A DNA stretch of 61,270 nt, counting the filler, from Dugesia japonica (lineage: Eukaryota), in the NCBI GenBank assembly GCA_001938525.1. It is 6 parts of 6 records of this genome, joined end to end, with 100 filler letters (N's around TTAATTAATTAA, not from the genome) between each part and the next. Parts side by side here need not be neighbours in the genome. Positions count along the whole stretch, not along the records: positions 49,859 to 61,270 come from MQRL01591143.1; 5 more parts are not named here. One strand, 5' to 3'. Each line of letters starts with the position of its first letter. Position 1 is the first letter of the stretch. Made by a program: the position numbers and the translations under genes. Positions 53,170-61,270 of this stretch are shown in pieces. The notes beneath the pieces are model-generated. The model made no database searches. It worked only from the letters and a program-made list of their open reading frames with translations, and was not told the origin of the DNA.

Positions 53170-54380
53170 ATTGGTATTTTAATCAAATTCAACAGCTAAT
53201 AGAAAATTGGATTAGGATCAGTGAAAACAACGGATTTTATTTTGAAGGTTAATTATCCATTTGTTTAATTTTATGTAATATTTTGAAATAAATGTTATAT
53301 TTATATGAAAAAACGTTTGGGACAACTTAGTACTGCTGTAGCAATCAGCATACGACTGATGTGTAATGTTTGTGTCTTTTAATGTTACACTTTTAGCTTT
53401 CATACTCTTTTTATCGCTGAGGCTGTAACACTTATGCTTGTAAAATTTCCATTCTTTATATTTACCACTTTTATTTTCGTCTTTAAATTTTTCTGCGACT
53501 GAGTTTAAGCTCATATTGTAAAGTGAGTGGTTTGTATTATAATTAGACTTGCCTAATAATTAGTCTATTACTATACGCTGTAGTAATTTTTCTAGTTTAG
53601 TATCTTTAATCTCTAAGAAAAAACTATCTGTCTCTTGCCACTATATTGATCTTACATTTATTTTCTCATCGATATTTTTATAGCTCGATATACTGTAGCT
53701 GGTGCATTTTCAACTTCAAAAAATCTAATACTGTATATCCTATATAACTTGATCTATCTAAACAAACATATTCTTTATTAATATAGACTGCTATTAAATC
53801 GTTATCGATTTTGACTGTTTTCCAAAACCCTAGTTTAGATAAGTAGGTCATCAGTTTTTTGGCAGAATTACATATTTCTGTGTTCATTCTTTTTAGATTT
53901 TCAACGGATTAATTATATAGACTATTATTCAGGAATTTATAATAGTTTTGTCCAATTCTGTTTTACTCTGTGGTCTTATCAATATAATCTTTGAAAATCG
54001 GAGCTTGGGTAAATTTTTACTATTCTATGAACATGTGTTAGTTGCACACCTAAATGTAAATTTGAAGCAAATTTTAGTGCAATACGTAATTCTCCTTTGG
54101 ATAATGGGTCAATAATAATTTCTTTGCCTTATTACCTGGAAGCCATTGGTTTTCCGATGCTACAGGGAGAATACTAATATAATCGTGGATCACATAAGAA
54201 ATTGCTATATCCATTTCTAATGAATAACCATGACAAAGATTCCAATTCTATTGTTCAGCACTCTTGGAGTGTCTTATCTAAATCAGAATAAACTCCGAAA
54301 TCATTATGGGGCAGCTTCTGACTATTGAGTCAGCCCAGCCGTATAGATTATTCATATCAATAAATTTTATTCCGATTCTA
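53170..54380 (-). mobile_element. Polinton pPolB polymerase domain (pseudogene)
   Basis: Motif A IDMNNLYGWA..SQKLP (~54310-54370), motif B YKFLNNSL, YIGYTVLDF.KLKM, motif C ETDSFF, KFKDE and KCYS. Confidence 0.85.
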
Positions 54381-55489
54381 ATCGTATTAATTTCAAAGCT
54401 ATGCGATTAGTTTTGACGGAGAATTTTGAAACAAAGGTGAAGTGTTTTGACGCGTTATTACCCTTATAGTGAAAACCAAGCATGTTTTGAAAAATGTAAA
54501 ATTATATTCTTATACAGAATTTAATTCTAAACTCAAACATATCAAATTATACGCAAAAATTTTATTTTATTCCAAACATTCAAATTTTCGCACTTCTCGC
54601 CAAAATATTTGACCAAAAAAAATTGAAAAAAGCTTTACGTAATCGTAACAACCAATCAAAATGCTTCAGTATTCAAAACACTTTGACGGTGGAGGGGTGT
54701 TCCGATGCGCTACTATTTATTTACTTGAACTTATTATAACTGTTAGTTGGATTTGGAACACTCGTCGTATTATCAATATCAAAATCCGAATTCATAAGAA
54801 ATATTAAATACTTTATTAAAATCAAAACTATAACCAATATTAATCGTTAAACAAACAAAATAAAATTCCGTGTTTTTAATTGGTGATCTTTTTTCTAAAA
54901 TTAAAAATTGAAAGTTTNNNNNNNNNNNNNNNNNNNNNNNNNNNNNNNNNNNNNNNNNNNNNNNNNNNNNNNNNNNNNNNNNNNNNNNNNNNNNNNNNNN
55001 NNNNNNNNNNNNNNNNNNNNNNNNNNNNNNNNNNNNNNNNNNNNNNNNNNNNNNNNNNNNNNNNNNNNNNNNNNNNNNNNNNNNNNNNNNNNNNNNNNNN
55101 NNNNNNNNNNNNNNNNNNNNNNNNNNNNNNNNNNNNNNNAACAAAATATTTTAAAAATAAGATCACCAATCACACAAAAATTTCAACTTGCTTTTCAACA
55201 CTGCTCACAATAACAAAATGAAACTCAAAGATGTAAGAAAACTATTCCTCCTAACATACTTGAAGAAACTCGGCCAACGTTTGTCACTTTGTCTTATCAC
55301 ATGCAAAAATATATTTGTTTCATATTTAAATTTACAAACTTATTGAAAAACAAGAATTATCCGTCAACTACAACACCGTTGGATCAAATATAAGAGTTGA
55401 AATAAGAGTTGAGAAAAGTAAATATTTACAAATATATACAAAAATATAAGTTTAAATATAAATGTTACTAAGGTCAGTATTTTCAATCT

Positions 55490-56450
55490 TCTGGAATTGT
55501 TGCAGACTGCATTACATCCCAGTCAATAGATATGTCATCTTCTGAGCAATTGGGATGATGAGATCGAATTCCTGCAACTTATTTGTCCCGTTCTTCTGCA
55601 AGATTTGCGCTGATTTGTAAAAGTTTGTCGAAACTTGGTTTGTTTTCTGCAGTAAGAAGAGTGGAGAGATCTCCAAGTCAATGCACCCCATTTGATGTTC
55701 TAGCAGATGCGTGGATGTTTGAGAGGTGTGATTTGCTTGTTCTTCAGTCCGATGAATGCCAGAATCTTGTCTTTGTTTGACCACCATCTTCTAAAGCACC
55801 CTACAATGGTGTATAAGGTGACTTTCTAATGTGGGAGATGGTTCTGAAATTCGTTTTGCAGATCAAAATATTTATCAAGAATTCTATTGTTTGTGTCTTC
55901 AAAATTTGAAATGTTATCATTGGAAGTTTTGATGTCGATTAAATGATATTCTTTCCACGCTTTATCCTTGATTTGTAGATCAATTCTCAGTTTGACTGAG
56001 AATTCTGAGCAGCAATCTTTGATTATAGCTTTGTTTAGAAACAAAGACTAAAATCTTGTAAAGGATTTGAAGAATGTTGTTATGCCTGTTTGTTATCATA
56101 GCTTTGTTGCATGGACAATGGCACAACACATAATTTTGCGATTCAAGTGTTGCATGGCACATTCGGCAGAATTGAGTGTGTTTTCGATTAGATGGAACTG
56201 AATTCACTGGCAGTGTTGGTGCGAGCAGCGTGGGTGAAATACTATTCAGTCAAACTTATTTCTCTTGAATGCAAAACCTTTGTTGATATAGGTTCGAAGG
56301 CGATGGCTTGTGAACATTGTCTAGCTCTGATTTGTTCCGATAGCTCTTAAGTTCGGTTTTACAAAATTGAATTCTTTTAAACTTTCAGAAATTTTATCAG
56401 TAAATTCCAGTAGAACCACAAACTGGTTTGAAGAATACAAAATGCTCTTA
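55490..56450 (-). mobile_element. RLE-type non-LTR retrotransposon 3' half (NeSL/Utopia-like)
   Basis: CRMCHATLESQNYVLCHC..ITNRHNNIL zinc knuckle; KLRIDL..HLIDIK..ILDKY RLE; TIVVGAL motif. Confidence 0.8.
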
Positions 56451-56512
56451 TATATCCATATCGTCAACATCATAAAATCTTAAAGTTATGTGGAGCTGTT
56501 TAATTAGGCTTA

Positions 56513-58966
56513 TGTTAGGTGTACTGTTTAGAAATATTGAAAAATATTTTAAACTGGGAACAGAATCCAAAATATTTATCATAACCAGTGATTATGGAGA
56601 ACAGAACGCAGGTTTTTAAGTAGAAAACCGGAAATTTCGATGAAATAACTTGCAAGATATTATTTGAACAGATGCAGATGATTACCAGAACCATAAGAAC
56701 AAATGTTATGAGGACAATTTTATTATTACAATTATTGCGGGAATAATTATTGGACTTAACCATTGATCGCATTTGAGATTTCACTAAAATAAATGAAAAA
56801 GCTTCGATCAAAATAAAATATATTTTTATAGAAATTCAAATTTTTATAATTATAATAATTATAATAAATTTTTATAATTATAATTTTCAAATAATTATAA
56901 TAAATGATTAATAATTAGGTGAACTAAGGTAATTTGTAATATGATTATAATTTGTACTATTCATATTACATTTTTTAATAATTGATTAATAATCAGGTAA
57001 AATAAGGTAAATGTGTAATATAATTTGTACTGTTCATTATAAATTTATAAATAGCAAAGTTGTAGTGGTAAAATAAATGATATCCCAAAATATTAGTTCT
57101 GATTTGGAAAATGAATTACCAATCGAAGATTTACCTAACATGGTGGCAGCGGTAAATACGGATTCCCTTACAGAGAAGTTATTGCTGAAAGTTTTCTGCA
57201 GAGGAGATGATATTGAAAACTTCATTAAGCGATGTGAATTGTATTTTGAATCTAAAAACATCACCCATGTGAAACAACAGGAGAGATTAGTCTCGTGTTT
57301 GTTAGATCAAGATTTGTTGGAAGAATATGCAAAGATGTTGAACAAAGTTGACGGAATTCAGGCCAATTTACGTACGGAATTTGAGAAAGATAAAGATTTA
57401 AAAAAATTTAGTAAAAAGATTATTTACAAATAAAGATTTTACTGAAATAAAAATGGTAGCAAAGATGCTAGTATATTGTTCAGATAACAAAACAATTGAA
57501 GAAGAAGCGACTTTGCGAAAACGAGAAAATATAGAAGAAATTAAAGAAACAATAACGTTAGTAGATCGAGTAGAGAAAAAATAGATCGAGTTGATGCAGT
57601 TAGAAGTTACGCGAGAGTTACAAATCAGAAAGCTCTAACTTTCATATTGACGACAAAGAAACCAATTAAATCGAAATTTCAGACATGGATTAATTATCTG
57701 AGCAGTTTAGACATAGTTTTGGAATATAGAAAAGGAATTCAACATGCTAATACAGATAAATTATCTAGACCAAGATGTGAAGTATATATACAGTGTCAAA
57801 TGTCACATGAAGATGCCAAGAAACGGAAAATTTAAACGAGAATACTGAACATAATCGACCATTACAGTAAATATCTGGTTCTTATACGATTGCCTAGACA
57901 AGACGAAGAAACAATACGAAAAGTTATTTTTGAAAAGTGAATACTGAGATTTGGATGTCCAAGATAAATAAGATTAGATTATGGAAAAGCTTTTGAATGA
58001 AAGAGTTTGCACTGAAATAAGATATTAAACTTTGCTTTTCGAGTCCCTATCATCATAATGCAAACGGACAAATTGAGAGACAGTTCAGGACAATTCGAAA
58101 TTTGATTAAGGCAACACTTCATGAAAGAAAGACAACAGATTGAGCAGATCGTTTACCCGAAATAGAATTTAAAATGAACGCAACAAAACAGAAGACGACT
58201 GAAAATAGCCCGCCTGAGATCGTTTTTGGAAAGAAAATTAGGAGAAAAGTGGTAAGAGTCAGTCGTTTCAGATGTGATTACTGAAAGAGAATTCAAAGTG
58301 AGCAATTTAGTACTCATCAAAGTAGAAATAAAAGTCAAGACAGATTTGAAGGACCTTATCAAATAATTAAGAAAATTCATGAAAAGTGGTATGCCGTACA
58401 ATGAGAAAATTAGCAACGATTAGAAATAAATGCGGAAAACGTAGGAAGTTTCTTAGGAAGGGTGATATGAGGAAATAAATAATTAAATAATTTCAACCAA
58501 TAGAAATTGAGTTATATAAATGTTCATATTGAAATGCTTGTACACCCATCCCTCGCTTAACACGGTTTCGCTTTAACGCGGTTTTTAAAAAACAGTTTTG
58601 TTCGATTAAATCTTGCTTTGCAGACGTGCGCACAGCTGTGGAAAATTCTACGAATAACGGTCAGGGTATATCTGGACAATAACTGTCCATTTTAAAAGTA
58701 AAAAAAATTTCAAGATTGTCTGAATATAATCGCATTGGCAATAACAGACATTAAAAAATCTACTTTAAATGCATGTTGGAAAGCATATATTTGTTAGTCT
58801 CGCTTAACACGGTGATCTAGCATAACCTATCTTCCGTGTTAAGCGAGGGAAGGATGTATTTCGATATTATTTATATTATGAAACATGGTTTGTAGAAGTA
58901 AAATAAATGATGTCTATATTAATAGTGATTTGCAAAATGAATAACCAATTGAAGATTTACCTAACA
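56513..58966 (+). mobile_element. internally deleted Ty3/Gypsy element (tRNA-Leu PBS)
   Basis: 5' LTR 56513-57140 bounded by a perfect 8-bp IR TGTTAGGT/ACCTAACA; PBS TGGTGGCAGCGGT 57141-57153; gag; RH end FQTWINYL..YRKGIQHANTDKLSR; integrase NGQIERQFRTI and FEGPYQI; PPT ~58455-58465; last ~75 bp of the LTR repeated at 58890-58966. Confidence 0.88.
58543..58856. mobile_element. Tigger/pogo-type MITE, 314 bp, TA target duplication
   Basis: 23-bp TIRs CACCCATCCCTCGCTTAACACGG and CCGTGTTAAGCGAGGGAAGGATG (21/23 match), TA on both sides, subterminal CGCTTAACACGG repeats. Confidence 0.9.
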
Positions 58967-58967
58967 A

Positions 58968-59638
58968 TACATAAGACATTTCTCGTCTGCCGTTATGAAG
59001 CAGTTAAAAAATGGTTCCTTTTTGTGGTGGTTTAGGTGCTTGTAGCATATCGAAGACCTTAGCGATTTATTAGAATCACTGAGAAACTTACCAAAAGATT
59101 TCAAGTGCCGTTGAAGAAGTATTTGTACTTTCTAAAATTTCCTCAATTGTATAAATAGGATCTTCTTCCACAACATACCGCAATTTATCTTTATCAAATT
59201 GAACAGAACGACCACAATCCGGGGCACTTTGAAGGTCAAAATTTCCTCTCCAAAATTAGTTGAACCATCCCTGACACTTCCGAATGTCTTAGGAATCTGG
59301 ATATATCACATTATATTTGCAGTTGACCACAATTAAACTGAAACAGAATAATATATCTGTGCTTCTCTTCAATTTTACATTTATTATTTGTCATTTTTCT
59401 TTAAATTTGAAATTTCTCAAAATTCGCAAATTAATGNNNNNNNGATTTAGATAATTAAAACAACTGATTATTATTAATAATCATATATAAAACAGGTTAC
59501 ATATGCTGCTAATTTTGCATCTTCTGATAAAAACGACATTACTTATGTGTACTCCTAATAAAAAAGGAGTCCACAAATTTTTGTGTTGAGCCGAAGACTT
59601 CCGTGATCAAAATCCGCCTGAGAAAAAGTAACAACCGA
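58968..59638 (-). mobile_element. mariner 5' half, degenerate
   Basis: WFN.FWRGNFDLQSAPDCGRSVQFDKDKLRYVVEEDP HTH region; TIR-like TA|TCGGTTG..GCGGATTTT at 59638-59608. Confidence 0.7.
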
Positions 59639-60336
59639 TATTAAAAATAAATTGCACAATATTTCAAAAACTTGATATTAAGCAAAACTGCGCAATAAAT
59701 CGGCACAAAAAATTCAAACCTCAATAATCGAAATACATTTTCTATTTGCAAAAATAACTAATTACAATCAACAATCAATAAAAAAAAACATACCATTTTA
59801 TGACGTCCAATACACATCACAAATCAAATCACCTTCAAATGAACAATATTCTAAATATTCCATCAATATTACTCGAACAAACACAATCAACACAATTCGG
59901 ATAACACACACACACACACAAAATGGAAAGATGTAAAAAAATAAAAATCAGAATTGAATAAAGAAAGAAATCGCCTGAAATAGAATTATGTATTTATTAT
60001 AAAAAAATTAATGAAAAAAAATCATATTATTAATAATATACAGAGAAAATATTTATTATGAGTAACATTAATTTACATAATGATGAATAATGTTTCATAT
60101 GTATATATGTATATGGATATTGATGTCCAAAGTCAAAAAAAGAACGTTGCAAACTATGAAAAATCAAAAAATTCCATTTTTATATAGTTTGAAACATAAT
60201 GTTCTTTATTTTGTTTTTTTTTCAAGAACAATGTACTACCAAAATTAGATTTATTATTATTATATCAATATTATCAATATTATCGGTGCATGCATCACAT
60301 TATTAATTATGTCAACCCGATGATTAATTTCCCCCC

Positions 60337-61217
60337 TCAATGACGATTCGATCTGAAATGCGGATTATTGCTATTGCTGTTATTTATTCGCGATTTACTG
60401 TTTTCGGCATTTTGTAAAATCATTTCGGCCGTATTAGAACGTGTAGAATGAGCCAATTCTGCAATTTCATTGGATTTTGTACCTGTCTCGGATTTCTTTA
60501 AAGCAGTTAAAGTCGATCGAAATTTATGTAATTTGGTGTTCATAAAATCTACCGAGTTCGATTCAGTGATCGTATTTGTTGATACATTTGAACTACTGCT
60601 TTGAATTCGACCGTCGTATTCTGAGTGATTTAAACGAAATGAGGTATTATAACTGTTTCTCTGTTGAGACACAGAGCTATTGGATTTGATAATTTTTTCT
60701 GTTTGAAACTGTTGTGGTATTGGCACTTTTTCATTAATGTCAGCACCAAATGTGATATCATCATGTGAACTATCATCCAAAAGATCACGTAAATGAGACG
60801 GAAACATCGATAAATCACTGATAAAATCCAAATCACATTGATCTTGATTAAGTTCGGAAAAGAGATCATGAATGCTTGGTTCACAAAAGTTGGCATTTAT
60901 GTCATCTCTAGGATGTGTTGTTTCAAGATATGAATCTGTATAGGAGCAAGGCAAGTAAGAAAATTGGTTATCATTCGGAAGTACTTCGTTAATTAAGCTG
61001 CTCTCATCAATAATAGTCGGTTTATGAACATCTCTAAATTGTACATGGAAGTGAATACCTCGACGGCGCAATTTCATGTGACCCAAATGAGATTGTATTT
61101 CTGACAATAATTCATAAAGCTGATCGGCTTGTTGTGTTCTGGTTAAATCACTTGGCAACATACTACAACAAACTTCACTAATCCATGGAATGTCCGTTAG
61201 CAAATCCCAGTCAGTTC
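60337..61217 (-). CDS. terminal coding exon of a host gene, product unknown (Ser/Asp/Asn-rich tail)
   Basis: Intact ~293-codon frame from the acceptor TTTTCTAG|GA (61217) to TGA at 60337; no TE motifs; the gene continues beyond the window. Confidence 0.75.
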
Positions 61218-61270
61218 CTAGAAAATCAAAAATTCAAACTTTTACAAAACAATACACTTTAACGAGAAAT

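Overview
Very AT-rich eukaryotic (metazoan-like) draft sequence with many gaps. Five 100-nt spacers (44 N + TTAATTAATTAA + 44 N) suggest six probably unlinked scaffolds concatenated together: 1-9120, 9221-20723, 20824-31581, 31682-41409, 41510-49758 and 49859-61270. Host genes are few: a spliced OATP/SLCO transporter (42854-49713, +, incomplete at both ends) and two orphan terminal exons (12933-13705 and 60337-61217, both -). The rest is mostly decayed mobile DNA: about ten Ty3/Gypsy elements, Penelope-like elements, RLE-type non-LTR retrotransposons, mariner, pogo and hAT transposons, MITEs, and Polinton/adintovirus fragments (packaging ATPase, pPolB, major capsid, repeat-rich terminal-like blocks). 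Main leads: (1) a Gypsy family whose Gag ATG is formed by the last LTR base plus the first two PBS bases, so the tRNA primer-binding site encodes the Gag N-terminus, with spacing kept across a tRNA-Leu to tRNA-Arg primer switch; (2) a GC-richer array of five small co-oriented orphan genes at 38.4-41.0 kb with operon-like or viral architecture; (3) minimal hammerhead ribozyme cores and a fold-back palindrome in Penelope tails. All calls come from reading and translating by eye; no searches were run.
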